Assembly (NCBI GenBank): GCA_965203555.1
Contig: CBDBCY010000004.1
Coordinates: 2,208,001-2,272,000 of the forward strand
Source of the DNA: Acidimicrobiia bacterium
GTDB lineage: Bacteria > Actinomycetota > Acidimicrobiia > Spongiisociales > ZC4RG35
Direction of reading: 5' to 3'
DNA: 64,000 nucleotides
The position numbers and the translations under genes are program-made. The notes beneath the pieces are model-generated. The model did no database searches and was not told where the DNA came from. It saw nothing but the letters and a program-made list of their open reading frames with translations. Shown piece by piece: positions 28,300 through 37,750 of this stretch (positions are counted from its first letter, which is position 1; every line of letters begins with the position of its first letter).

Positions 28300-28372
28300 G
28301 GCCCCGTCGTCCAGCGGCCTAGGACGCCGGCCTTTCAAGCCGGTAACGCGGGTTCAAATCCCGTCGGGGCTA
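28300..28372 (+). tRNA. tRNA-Glu (anticodon TTC)
   Basis: Acceptor GGCCCCG/CGGGGCT, anticodon arm CCGGC-CTTTCAA-GCCGG, T-loop GGTTCAAATCC; CCA not fully encoded. Confidence 0.96.
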
Positions 28373-28405
28373 CCGCTGCTGCGAGAGCGTCCAAGCGGGG
28401 ACGGT

Positions 28406-30064
28406 CTATTCCGACGCAGTTGTAACGTAGTGGGTTCCTCGCTTGGTGCCTCGCATTTCCAAAACGCCCGCCCCGAGGAGTTCTTTCAGCAGACCCAGCG
28501 CTTGAAAACGGGAAACCCCTAGTCGTGAACGCAGGGACCGGTTCGTTACGGGACCCTCTCTTGCCATTTTTAGCACCTCGGACCTCATTTCGCTTTTGTT
28601 CAGGGGTACCCGGGAAGGGGGCGTTATCGTGCGAGCGAGACGGTACCGTGCTCCTCCTTTGATGCCGTCTTGTTCCAGGAAGCCCGCATCGCGTAGCCTG
28701 TGAAGGCTCTGGCGGGCATTGTGGCTATCAACATCGAGCAACCGTCTAGTGTAGGCGTTGGTTAACTCGGCACCGCGGGCGGCCTCGACCAGGACGCGCC
28801 GATCTACTGCTCTGAGTTGGCCCCGGGCCTCCTGTTCTCGTACCCATGCCCGTTCTTCTGGAGCTACGGGACTCTCGATGGGCAGGCGGACCGTCACATG
28901 ACCGGTTGTTTCTTCGGCAAAGACAGGCTCGGCTCTGAGGTCTGCAGCCATTTCGTCGAAGATGACCCGTATGCCACGACCAGCATCCTCGGCCATGCGA
29001 AAGTGGCGCAACGTTTGGATAACGACCCTGTTCCTTGCGGAATGCGATGTTCGGAGGTTGTCTATGGTTATTGGGTCTATTAGGCCACCAGGGGAGGTGA
29101 CCTCAACTCCTTGAGGTGTCACGTGGACTTCGACTGCCGACCCTGACAGCTGGTAGTCACGATGGGCGACGGCATTGGCCAAGGCCTCTCTTACTGCCCT
29201 GGTGGGAAGGCGGGGCAATTCGTAGGCATTGAGACCTACCACAACGAAGTCAATACCGATCTGCTCCACTATCCAGGATGTTGCTTCTCGCACCTGGTGG
29301 GCAGGGGTCCCTGATATTACGACTCGCCGGTCGTACTCCTGGGCCCCCTGTTGGTAACGAAAAAGCTCAATGTAACATTTACCGAGGGATTGTGGTGCTT
29401 CTGGGACAAGGTAGAGGGCACCGGCATGGGTCAAGGCGACATCGTGACCCTGCTGCATGGCCAACCGGCGTTGGATCAGGACATCCGAGAGGGCTGCTCC
29501 GTGCTTTGGCCCGATTTCCAGAGCTGTGCATAACTCAATGGCGAGAGTGGGGTCGACATCATCAATAGACCACCGTGATGGTCCGCTGTCAAACCCTAGA
29601 AGTGATCGTTGGTTCATCAAGCGCCGGAGATGTTCTCCCTTGAGTGCCAGGTTCTGCTTTCCCCTGCGGACCAAAGGCCTGCCGTCCGAGGTTTGAGCGA
29701 TGCCCTGCCGCCGGTCTGCAACGGAGATGACCGTAAGGCGGACCTCCCCTACCAAGACCTCATTCAGCTTGACCTGTCCTGGCGACTCGATCTCGTTGAT
29801 GGTCTCCCAGAGGTCCTTCTCTAGCCCCGCATCGAGGGGCTTGTCGATAGGCTGTCCTTGTCTATTGACTCCGATCATGATCACCCCGCCCTCGGCGTTG
29901 GAAAAGGCCACAATGGCCTCTTGGATCGGCTTGCGGCTTGATCCCGACTTCCACTCCACATGCTGGCCCTCGTCAGGGAACTGCTCTGCGAACTCTTCCG
30001 CAGTCATGAAGAGCGTTTGGTCTATGCGCTCAACCCATCGCCAAATATATGCAGGACTTCTCAC
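28406..30064 (-). CDS. AlbA_2 (Schlafen-like) domain + HATPase_c_4/RecG-C-like + winged-helix protein
   Basis: EGQHVEWKS...IVAFSNAEGGVIMIGV; REALANAVAHRDY, SPGGL, RN, EDAGRGI; two C-terminal wHTH-like repeats; start 30064 or 30007. Confidence 0.88.
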   Translation of the reverse strand: MRSPAYIWRWVERIDQTLFMTAEEFAEQFPDEGQHVEWKSGSSRKPIQEAIVAFSNAEGGVIMIGVNRQGQPIDKPLDAGLEKDLWETINEIESPGQVKLNEVLVGEVRLTVISVADRRQGIAQTSDGRPLVRRGKQNLALKGEHLRRLMNQRSLLGFDSGPSRWSIDDVDPTLAIELCTALEIGPKHGAALSDVLIQRRLAMQQGHDVALTHAGALYLVPEAPQSLGKCYIELFRYQQGAQEYDRRVVISGTPAHQVREATSWIVEQIGIDFVVVGLNAYELPRLPTRAVREALANAVAHRDYQLSGSAVEVHVTPQGVEVTSPGGLIDPITIDNLRTSHSARNRVVIQTLRHFRMAEDAGRGIRVIFDEMAADLRAEPVFAEETTGHVTVRLPIESPVAPEERAWVREQEARGQLRAVDRRVLVEAARGAELTNAYTRRLLDVDSHNARQSLHRLRDAGFLEQDGIKGGARYRLARTITPPSRVPLNKSEMRSEVLKMAREGPVTNRSLRSRLGVSRFQALGLLKELLGAGVLEMRGTKRGTHYVTTASE

Positions 30065-30371
30065 GAGAGCCCATCCTAGCCGCCCGCTACTATAATTGCA
30101 TCATAAAAAGGGTTCAAAAGCGGGATTTTCTTTGTCAATTTTCTTGGATATGTTGCCTTTCTTCAAATCCAGGCATCAATTATTGCGCAAGAGTTATGTG
30201 GCACTTGTGGTAATGTAGAGCCTCTTCCCCTTTTATTTTTAAATCTAACATATTTCTTCTATTTTCCTTGGAACTCAAACATTTCGTTGAGAACGATTGG
30301 AGTCCTCGAAGAAGAAATTGGAGGGCTTTACATGACGCCTTTCGGTACTAGAGTCCTGGATGTCTCCCTAG

Positions 30372-30911
30372 ATGTCAGTACCGCTTTACAACCGTTTCTT
30401 GGCCGTGCTGGTCCTGATGGCCCTGCTGGTGGTGGTGGCTTTGATGTTCCGGCCCGTGAGGCGGGCGGCGTTGGGGCTGGGAATGGGAGAATCGTGGCGA
30501 TGGCTGGCGTTTGGGGTAGCGGCGCTGGCCACGGCCGGGAGTCTGGGTTTTTCGGAGGTGATCGGCTATGAACCGTGCGAGTTGTGCTGGTACCAGCGGA
30601 TCGCCATGTATCCGATGGTGGTGATCTTCGGGGTGGACTTGATGAGAAGCGGGGCGAGGACCCGCCGTTACGCGTTGCCGTTGGCCGCGGTCGGATTGGT
30701 CATCAGCATCTATCACTATGTGCTGCAGGTGTTTCCCGCCGCGGGGGCCGGAGTGTGCGGGACGGGAGTGTCATGTTCGGCCCGCTATGTCGAAGAGTTC
30801 GGGTTCGTCTCGATCCCGTTCATGGCCGGGGTGTCATTCGCCCTGATTATCGCTATTCTTCTGACCTTGGGTCGACCGGTTGTGACAGGAGTGCAAGCTG
30901 ATGACGGCTAG
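30372..30911 (+). CDS. dsbB: Disulfide bond formation protein B (BdbC-like)
   Basis: PCELCWYQRIAMYP, second Cys pair CGTGVSC, SIPFMA. Confidence 0.92.
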   Translation: MSVPLYNRFLAVLVLMALLVVVALMFRPVRRAALGLGMGESWRWLAFGVAALATAGSLGFSEVIGYEPCELCWYQRIAMYPMVVIFGVDLMRSGARTRRYALPLAAVGLVISIYHYVLQVFPAAGAGVCGTGVSCSARYVEEFGFVSIPFMAGVSFALIIAILLTLGRPVVTGVQADDG

Positions 30912-31569
30912 AGGGCAGAAGGCCAGGAACCAAAGAAAGTGGTTGATTATCGGAGGGGTGGCGGCGGCCGTTCTGATTGCCGGCCTGGTGGCTGTCTTCA
31001 CGGTTACCGGCGCCGAACCAGAGCCGGTGCAGGTTACGGTGACCGGGGATCCCATTCCGATCCTGGCAGGAAATGCTCCCGTGGGGCAGGACATCGCCTT
31101 CGGTTGGGATTCTCCGACCTTGGCCGGGTCGGACTGGATTGGCAACCCCGTGACTATCGATCCCGCTGACGGGCGTCCCAAACTGATCGTGTTCCTGGCG
31201 CACTGGTGTCCTCACTGCCAGGCAGAGGTTCCCCAAGTCCAGGCATGGCTCAACGAGACCGGCGGCAATCCAAATGTCGACATCTACGGTGTGGCAACTT
31301 CGATCAACCGCTCCCGTCCCAACTGGCCTCCGAGCGACTGGTTGGAACGAGAGGGTTGGACTCCGCCCACCGTGATGGACAGGAACAACAAGGCGGCCAC
31401 GGCGTTTGGCCTGTCGGCCTTTCCCTATTGGGTGGCCGTGAACCCAGAAGGCAAGGTTGTGTATCGCATCGCCGCAGGGATTGGCATCGAAGGGTTGCTT
31501 AGCCTCCAGCATCTGGCGCAGCAGACCATGGAGGAGTTGCAAGGCTTAATATCGCAGAACCAGAGTTGA
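30901..31569 (+). CDS. Membrane-anchored TlpA/DsbE-like thioredoxin-fold protein
   Basis: FLAHWCPHCQAEVP, AFP cis-Pro loop, N-terminal TM; overlaps dsbB. Confidence 0.9.
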   Translation: MTARGQKARNQRKWLIIGGVAAAVLIAGLVAVFTVTGAEPEPVQVTVTGDPIPILAGNAPVGQDIAFGWDSPTLAGSDWIGNPVTIDPADGRPKLIVFLAHWCPHCQAEVPQVQAWLNETGGNPNVDIYGVATSINRSRPNWPPSDWLEREGWTPPTVMDRNNKAATAFGLSAFPYWVAVNPEGKVVYRIAAGIGIEGLLSLQHLAQQTMEELQGLISQNQS

Positions 31570-31583
31570 TCTGGCCGGATACC

Positions 31584-32030
31584 TCAGCGCTGGTCGTCGA
31601 GACTATTGATTTTGGCTAGGCGTCGCAGGTAGGAATTCTTGCGGATCAGTCTGCTGTCGAGGAAGGTCTTGGCCAGTTCCTCGGCGAGAGCGGGACCGAT
31701 CACTCGGCTTCCCAGGCAGAGCAGGTTCATATCGTCGTGCTCGACCGCCTGCCGGGCGGAATAGGTGTCGTGGGCGATCGACGCCCGGATGCCCTTGACC
31801 TTGTTTGCGGCCATGGACGCTCCCACCCCGGAGCCGCAAATCATGATTCCCCGTTCGGCTCTTCCCTCCACAACAGCATGGGCGACGGCCACCGCGTAAT
31901 CGGGATAGTCAACCGAATCAGAGGTATGGGCGCCCAGATCGAAAACGGTGTGACCCTGGCTGGTGAGGAAGCCGGTGAGTTGTTGTTTCAGAGAAAATCC
32001 TGCATGGTCGGCGCCGATCGCCACCCTCAT
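31584..32030 (-). CDS. rpiB: Ribose 5-phosphate isomerase B
   Basis: GADHAG, DYPD, ICGSGVGASMAANKVKGIRA, EHDDMN. Confidence 0.95.
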   Translation of the reverse strand: MRVAIGADHAGFSLKQQLTGFLTSQGHTVFDLGAHTSDSVDYPDYAVAVAHAVVEGRAERGIMICGSGVGASMAANKVKGIRASIAHDTYSARQAVEHDDMNLLCLGSRVIGPALAEELAKTFLDSRLIRKNSYLRRLAKINSLDDQR

Positions 32031-32157
32031 AAGTCTCTCCTGTCGGGAAGGCTTTCTAAGAGAGGCTAACGGCCGAGCAACGGATTTCTGAGCAACTGGA
32101 CCGGCGAGGCGCGAGAGTGCTCCGATTCCGGCGGCTCATCTTCGTACAATCAATGTC

Positions 32158-33447
32158 GTGACCGATGAGATTGTTGTGGAGGGTGGGGTTCCCTTGCGAG
32201 GATCGGTGGGCGTGGTGGGGGCTAAGAACGCGGTGCTCCAGCAGATCATCAGCACCCTGCTGTGTGCGGGATGGCACCGTCTTTCCAATGTACCGGACAT
32301 AGCGGATGTGCGAGCTTTGATACTCGTGCTGGAACATCTGGGCGTCAAGTCCGAGCTTTCAGGGAGGGACTTGGCCATGGTCGTACCCGAGCGTGTCAGT
32401 GTGAAGGCGCCGCTCGAGTTGGTCCGGACCATGCGGGCTTCCATCTTGTTGTTGGGACCGCTCTTGACCCGGTTCGGTGAGGCCCAGATCCCTCTGCCCG
32501 GCGGGGACGACCTGGGCGCCCGTCCGGTGGACATGCATTTGAACGGCCTCCGGAAAATGGGCGCCAAGTTGGACCTGGTGCATGGAGTGCTGGTGGGAAA
32601 GGCGCCGAGGGGTCTTACCGGACAGGAGATGGAATTGCCTTTCCCGAGTGTCGGCGCCACCCAGAATCTGATGATGGCTGCGGTTATGGCCAAGGGGGAG
32701 TCGGCCATTATCAATGCGGCCCGCGAACCTGAAATAATAGATTTGGGCAACCAGTTGAAGAAGATGGGCGCCCGGCTTACGGGTTTGGGAAGCCCCATAA
32801 TTCGTGTCAAAGGCACCAGGAAGTTGCAGCCGGCGGCGCACCGGGTGCTGCCTGATCGGATTGCGGCGGGCACGTATGCAATGGCGGGGGCGATCACCGG
32901 GGGGGAGGTAACCATCACCGGATGTGAACCCTCCCATCTTCGTATGGAACTGGCCAAGCTGGAGGCGGCCGGCTGCGAGGTCGAGAGGGGGGAGGGATGG
33001 CTCCGTCTGGCAGGCCCTGCGCGTCCTCTGTCAGTGGATTTCGCAACCCTTCCCTATCCGGGTTTTCACACGGATCTTCATCCTCAGATGGTATCGGTGC
33101 TCTCGGTTGCCGACGGCACCGCGGTCATCACCGAGAACCTCTATGACGGACGCTTCCGGTACGTTGGGGAATTGGCTCGCATGGGCGCTGACATCTACAC
33201 CGAGTGGCAGCATGCGGTGGTGCGAGGCGTGGAAAGACTGTCGGGATGCCCGGTTGTGGCGACCGACATACGGGCAGGAGCGGCCCTGGTAATCGCCGGT
33301 CTGGCGGCCGACGGCGTCACCTCCATTGCAGGGGTGGAACACATTGACCGCGGATATGCTGATCTGGTGGCCGATTTGACAGGTTTGGGCGCATCCATTG
33401 AGCGAAGGGATTCCGAGGACGGCGGGCTACGGCTATTCGGCTGGTAA
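32158..33447 (+). CDS. murA: UDP-N-acetylglucosamine 1-carboxyvinyltransferase
   Basis: GAKNA, MRAS, LPGGDDLGARPVDMH, SVGAT, AAREPEI, DIRAGA, HIDRGY. Confidence 0.96.
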   Translation: MTDEIVVEGGVPLRGSVGVVGAKNAVLQQIISTLLCAGWHRLSNVPDIADVRALILVLEHLGVKSELSGRDLAMVVPERVSVKAPLELVRTMRASILLLGPLLTRFGEAQIPLPGGDDLGARPVDMHLNGLRKMGAKLDLVHGVLVGKAPRGLTGQEMELPFPSVGATQNLMMAAVMAKGESAIINAAREPEIIDLGNQLKKMGARLTGLGSPIIRVKGTRKLQPAAHRVLPDRIAAGTYAMAGAITGGEVTITGCEPSHLRMELAKLEAAGCEVERGEGWLRLAGPARPLSVDFATLPYPGFHTDLHPQMVSVLSVADGTAVITENLYDGRFRYVGELARMGADIYTEWQHAVVRGVERLSGCPVVATDIRAGAALVIAGLAADGVTSIAGVEHIDRGYADLVADLTGLGASIERRDSEDGGLRLFGW

Positions 33448-33498
33448 CTTTCGGAATGATCCGTTTACGATGCGGGTTGTAGGTACTAAGAGGCTGAG

Positions 33499-33789
33499 AT
33501 GACCGAGACAATCCTGGAACTTCCCAAGCGAGCGCCCGATTCCAAGAAGACGTCCGCTCCCCGCATCGATTTGAGTCTTCTCCAATCTGCGCTCGACTAC
33601 ATCCGTCCGGCAGTGCAGGCGGATGGAGGGGACCTCATTCTGCTGGGAGTGGAGGACGGAGTGGTGAACATCCAGATGGTGGGCGCTTGCGGAGGGTGTC
33701 CGCTGTCGATGATGACTCTCAAGGCGGGGATCGAGCGGATCCTCAAGGCCAAGGTGCCGGGAGTCCTCTCGGTCCAAGCCGAGGCCTAG
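33499..33789 (+). CDS. NifU/NfuA C-terminal domain Fe-S carrier
   Basis: IRPAVQADGGD, GACGGCP...TLKAGIE. Confidence 0.92.
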   Translation: MTETILELPKRAPDSKKTSAPRIDLSLLQSALDYIRPAVQADGGDLILLGVEDGVVNIQMVGACGGCPLSMMTLKAGIERILKAKVPGVLSVQAEA

Positions 33790-33796
33790 GCGGCGA

Positions 33797-34591
33797 TTGG
33801 CTTTAGTGGGCATCCATCGCCCGGAACTTTCCCGTCTGTTGGACGATCTTCGCAGAGGCGATCGTCGCGCCCTGGCTCGGGCCATAACCCTGGTGGAGAA
33901 CCACCTGCCCGCCCACCCCGGTATAAGAGAGATGTGGGAGTCTGCTCTGGTGGAAGACCACCGTTCTGCGCGCCTGGTGGGTATCACCGGCCCCCCGGGG
34001 GCGGGGAAGAGCACCCTGGTCTCTTCTCTGGTGGAATGCATTCGGGAGGCAGGTCTGACGGTGGGAGTGGTAGCTGTGGATCCGGCCAGTCCACTCACCG
34101 GAGGGGCCATGCTGGGGGACCGGATTCGCATGCAGCACCATTTCACGGATCCAGGGGTGTTCATCCGTTCCATGTCCACCCGCGGTCATCTTGGCGGAGT
34201 GGCCAGGGCGACGCAGGCGGTCACCGAGTTGCTGGCTTTGGCAGGATTCGGCGTGGTGTTGGTGGAGACGGTGGGAGTGGGGCAGTCGGAAGTGGAGGTG
34301 ATGCGGGTGACCCCCACGGTGGTGGTGGTCGTGAATCCCGGCATGGGAGATTCGGTGCAAGCGGACAAGGCCGGTCTGTTTGAAATAGGAGGGGTCTTTT
34401 GCGTCAACAAAGCCGACCAGGACGGCGCCGACCGGGTGGTGAGGGTGCTCCGCCAGATGCTCTCTATGGGCTATCGCCCCGGTCCCGCCCCGCAAGTGCT
34501 CAAGACCATCGCCACCGAAGGTGAGGGCGTTCCTCGACTTTGGGAAGCTATTGTTTCCTACGGCGACCGCCTCTCAGCCGGGACACAATGA
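33797..34591 (+). CDS. meaB: Methylmalonyl-CoA mutase-associated GTPase (MeaB/ArgK)
   Basis: GITGPPGAGKSTL, AVDP, GGAMLGDRIRM, ETVGVGQSE, VNKAD. Confidence 0.92.
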   Translation: MALVGIHRPELSRLLDDLRRGDRRALARAITLVENHLPAHPGIREMWESALVEDHRSARLVGITGPPGAGKSTLVSSLVECIREAGLTVGVVAVDPASPLTGGAMLGDRIRMQHHFTDPGVFIRSMSTRGHLGGVARATQAVTELLALAGFGVVLVETVGVGQSEVEVMRVTPTVVVVVNPGMGDSVQADKAGLFEIGGVFCVNKADQDGADRVVRVLRQMLSMGYRPGPAPQVLKTIATEGEGVPRLWEAIVSYGDRLSAGTQ

Positions 34592-34663
34592 GGTTGCGCC
34601 GTCAAGTCCCCAACGACTTGGGCGCCGCTCGTCCGGTACAAATGAGGGGTTACCCGGCCGGGA

Positions 34664-35548
34664 TCAGGTCCATAAGGCGGAGGTGAAAGCCAGGCTCAGC
34701 GCTACCCCCATCTGTAACCGGGACGTAGCTTTGAGGACGCTGATCAATGCCACACCGTGGGCGCCCGCCAATACGGCTCGCAAAGGGACAGCAGCCAAAG
34801 GCGCCAGCACGAGTGTGACCAGGGTTGCCGGCGGGGTTATGCCCAAGGCGGCGGCGCCGGCTGTCGCCACGAAGGAGACTCCCACCAGTACCGCATAGAA
34901 GATCCTGGAGCGAGGCGCCCCCATCATCACCGCCAGGGTCCGCTTTCCCGCTCTGGCGTCGGTCTTGATGTCCCTCAGGTTGTTGGCGACCAGGATGGCG
35001 GATGCCATCGTCCCCATCGGGATTGCCAGCGCCCAGGCGGCGGCCGGAGCGGTCATGTCGTGCACGAATCTGGTACCCACCGTGGCCACCAACCCGAAGA
35101 AGACAAATACGAACAATTCGCCCATTCCCCGATATCCGTACGGCAGGGGCCCACCCACATAGGTGAACATGGCCAGCACGGAAAGCAGGCCTACCCACAC
35201 CAGTATCCACCCGGCGATCAGGACCAGGTACAAACCCGCCAAAAGCGCAACCGCCACCGATGCCCAGGCCGCGATCCACATGTTCCGGGGAGAGATGACG
35301 CCTTCGGCCACCATCCGGCGGGGGCCTACCCGGTCGGCGGTGTCGGCTCTTCGGGCTGCGTCGGAGACGTCGTTGGCGAAATTGGCCGCTACCTGGATAG
35401 CCACTCCCACAACCAGGGTCATCCAGAAAGCGTCCCATCTGAATACCCCGTCCCCGACGGCCAATCCGGTCCCTACCGTGACCGGCGCCACCGAAGCCCA
35501 CAGAGTATGAGGCCGGGCGGCGGTTTTCCAGGCTTGGAAACGGGTCAA
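34664..35548 (-). CDS. menA: 1,4-dihydroxy-2-naphthoate polyprenyltransferase
   Basis: ARPHTL, NFANDVSD, DRVGP, NNLRDIKTD...GKRTLAV; start placed at TTG 35548 to avoid a long overlap with menB. Confidence 0.93.
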   Translation of the reverse strand: MTRFQAWKTAARPHTLWASVAPVTVGTGLAVGDGVFRWDAFWMTLVVGVAIQVAANFANDVSDAARRADTADRVGPRRMVAEGVISPRNMWIAAWASVAVALLAGLYLVLIAGWILVWVGLLSVLAMFTYVGGPLPYGYRGMGELFVFVFFGLVATVGTRFVHDMTAPAAAWALAIPMGTMASAILVANNLRDIKTDARAGKRTLAVMMGAPRSRIFYAVLVGVSFVATAGAAALGITPPATLVTLVLAPLAAVPLRAVLAGAHGVALISVLKATSRLQMGVALSLAFTSALWT

Positions 35549-35564
35549 CCGGGAAGAGGAGCTG

Positions 35565-36464
35565 CTAATAGTGCCAGGGGAATTCATCGAAGCGGGGTCG
35601 CCGCTTCTCCAAGAAAGCGTCTCTTCCCTCCGCCGCCTCGTCGGTGCCGTAGCCCAACCGGGTGGCTTCCCCGGCAAATATCTGTTGACCGACCAGGCCG
35701 TCATCTATGAGGTTGAAGGCATATTTGAGCATCCTCTGGGCAGTCGGGCTCTTGGAGGTGATGATCCGGGCCCACTCCAGAGCAACCTCCTCCAACCGCT
35801 GGTGAGGTATGACATCGTTCACCATCCCCATCTGCTTGGCTTCTTCGGCCCGATAGTCCATACCCAGGAAAAAGAGCTCCCGTGCCCGCTTCTGGCCGAT
35901 CATCCTGGTCAGGTAAGCCGATCCGTAGCCGGCGTCGTAGCTGGCCACATCGGGATCGGTCTGCTTGAAGATGGCGTGTTCGGCACAGGCCAGAGTGAGA
36001 TCGCATACCACATGCAAGCTGTGTCCTCCGCCCACAGCCCACCCCGGAACCACCGCCATCACAACTTTCGGCATAAACCTGATAATGCGCTGTGCCTCGA
36101 GGATGTGAAGTCTCCCCAGGCGAGCGGGATCGATGGATGGGCTATCCTCCCCGCCGGCGTACTTGTATCCGTCCCGCCCCCTTATCCGCTGGTCTCCGCC
36201 GGAGCAGAACGCCCACCCCCCGTCCCGAGGAGAGGGTCCGTTGCCGGTGAGCAGCACGCAACCGACGCGGCTCCACTGCCGGGCGTGCTCCAAGGCGGTG
36301 ATCAACTCGTCAACGGTGTGGGGCCGGAAAGCGTTCCGCACTTCGGGACGATCGAAGGCAATTCGCACCGCTGCAGTCCCAACCGCGCGGTGATACGTGA
36401 TATCTGTGAAAGAAAAGCCCGGTACAATTTCCCAGGCTGAGGGGTCATAATGCTCCGAAACCAC
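35565..36464 (-). CDS. menB: 1,4-dihydroxy-2-naphthoyl-CoA synthase
   Basis: RPEVRNAFRP, FCSGGDQRIRG, VGGGHSLHVVCDLT, EGRDAFLEKR. Confidence 0.97.
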   Translation of the reverse strand: MVSEHYDPSAWEIVPGFSFTDITYHRAVGTAAVRIAFDRPEVRNAFRPHTVDELITALEHARQWSRVGCVLLTGNGPSPRDGGWAFCSGGDQRIRGRDGYKYAGGEDSPSIDPARLGRLHILEAQRIIRFMPKVVMAVVPGWAVGGGHSLHVVCDLTLACAEHAIFKQTDPDVASYDAGYGSAYLTRMIGQKRARELFFLGMDYRAEEAKQMGMVNDVIPHQRLEEVALEWARIITSKSPTAQRMLKYAFNLIDDGLVGQQIFAGEATRLGYGTDEAAEGRDAFLEKRRPRFDEFPWHY

Positions 36465-36508
36465 GTCAAAGACGAGGTTACTTCGGAGACCACCCGGCGA
36501 TCAATTAG

Positions 36509-37750
36509 ATGACGACCCCCGCCAGGAGGGCCGCGATGCAGATTCTGATGGCAGACAGGTTTCCCGAGGCGTTCCTGCCGCAAATAGAGAAGCTTGGCTT
36601 CCAGTGCCACCTCCGCCCCGATCTCAAGGACTCGGCGCTGCGGGAGGCTCTGGCAGGTATGCATGTTTTGCTGGTGCGTTCCACCAGGATCACCGACCAC
36701 ACATTGGAGTGCGCCACCGATCTGGGGTGGATCATCCGCGCCGGCGCCGGCTACAACACCATCGATTGCGAGGCCGCCGCCCGCCGGGCCATATGGGTGT
36801 CCAATGTTCCGGGTCGCAACTCGATTGCGGTAGCGGAATTGACCGTGGGTCTGATCCTCGCTGTCGACCGACGCATACCGGACAACGTGATCGCTATCCG
36901 CCAAAAACAATGGCGCAAGAAGGACTTCTCCAAGTCCCGCGGGCTGCTGGGCAAGACACTGGGCATCGTGGGAATGGGCCGGATCGGTATCGAGGTGGCC
37001 AGACGGGCCCATGGGTTCGGTCTGAAACTGCTGGCCGTGGAGAAAACCCGTTCGCTGGAGATGAGGGAGCAGATGGACGAGTTGGGGGTGACCTCGGTTT
37101 CCCGACTGGAGGACCTGTTCGCTGCCTCGGACATAGTCACTCTCCACGTACCGGCCACCCCGGCCACGGCAGGTATGGTCTCCGACGACTTGCTGTCCCG
37201 AATGAAGCCGGGCAGCTTTTTGATCAACACCTCCCGGGCCACGGTCATCGATGAAGCAGCCCTCCTCCGGGCCCTTGATCGACAGGACCTGTGGGCGGGA
37301 GTAGATGTATTCGCCGACGAGCCGGCTTCGGCGGGGGAGTCTTGGGACTCTCAACTCGTGAGTCATCCCCGGGTATACACGACCCACCATATCGGGGCGT
37401 CCACCCTCCAGGCACAGGACTCCATTGCATCAGAAGTGGTGAATATGTTGGGGGATTATGCCCGAGGCCGGGTGCGCAACGTTGTGAATCTGGGAGTCCT
37501 CCCTCCCAGTGGGACTTTTCTCACGATTCGTCACATCGATCGGGTGGGAGTGCTGTCCGCAGTCCTGACGGCCATCCGATCATTGGGGCTCAACGTCCAG
37601 AACATGAGCAACCAAATCTTCAGTGGTGCCGGAAGCGCGGTGGCGGTTATACAGGTTCAAGGAAATGCGCCGGACAACCTGGTCTCCGAGTTGGAGAGCT
37701 TGCCCCACATTATGGGAGTGGCAGCCCACCACAGCGGAGACTCGGGATGA
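36509..37750 (+). CDS. serA: D-3-phosphoglycerate dehydrogenase-like protein with C-terminal ACT domain
   Basis: RAGAGYNTID, GIVGMGRIG, INTSR, DVFADEP, HIGAST; ACT HIDRVGVL; start may be 36536. Confidence 0.8.
   Translation: MTTPARRAAMQILMADRFPEAFLPQIEKLGFQCHLRPDLKDSALREALAGMHVLLVRSTRITDHTLECATDLGWIIRAGAGYNTIDCEAAARRAIWVSNVPGRNSIAVAELTVGLILAVDRRIPDNVIAIRQKQWRKKDFSKSRGLLGKTLGIVGMGRIGIEVARRAHGFGLKLLAVEKTRSLEMREQMDELGVTSVSRLEDLFAASDIVTLHVPATPATAGMVSDDLLSRMKPGSFLINTSRATVIDEAALLRALDRQDLWAGVDVFADEPASAGESWDSQLVSHPRVYTTHHIGASTLQAQDSIASEVVNMLGDYARGRVRNVVNLGVLPPSGTFLTIRHIDRVGVLSAVLTAIRSLGLNVQNMSNQIFSGAGSAVAVIQVQGNAPDNLVSELESLPHIMGVAAHHSGDSG

Noticed and set aside
28350-30170. attL/attR direct repeat defining an integrated element at tRNA-Glu
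   Set aside because: Only 9-nt matches were seen and there is no integrase in the window; not enough to call a mobile element.
37291-37746. N-terminal extension of the DUF1015 ORF
   Set aside because: Overlaps serA out of frame; the ATGA overlap at 37747 gives the natural start.
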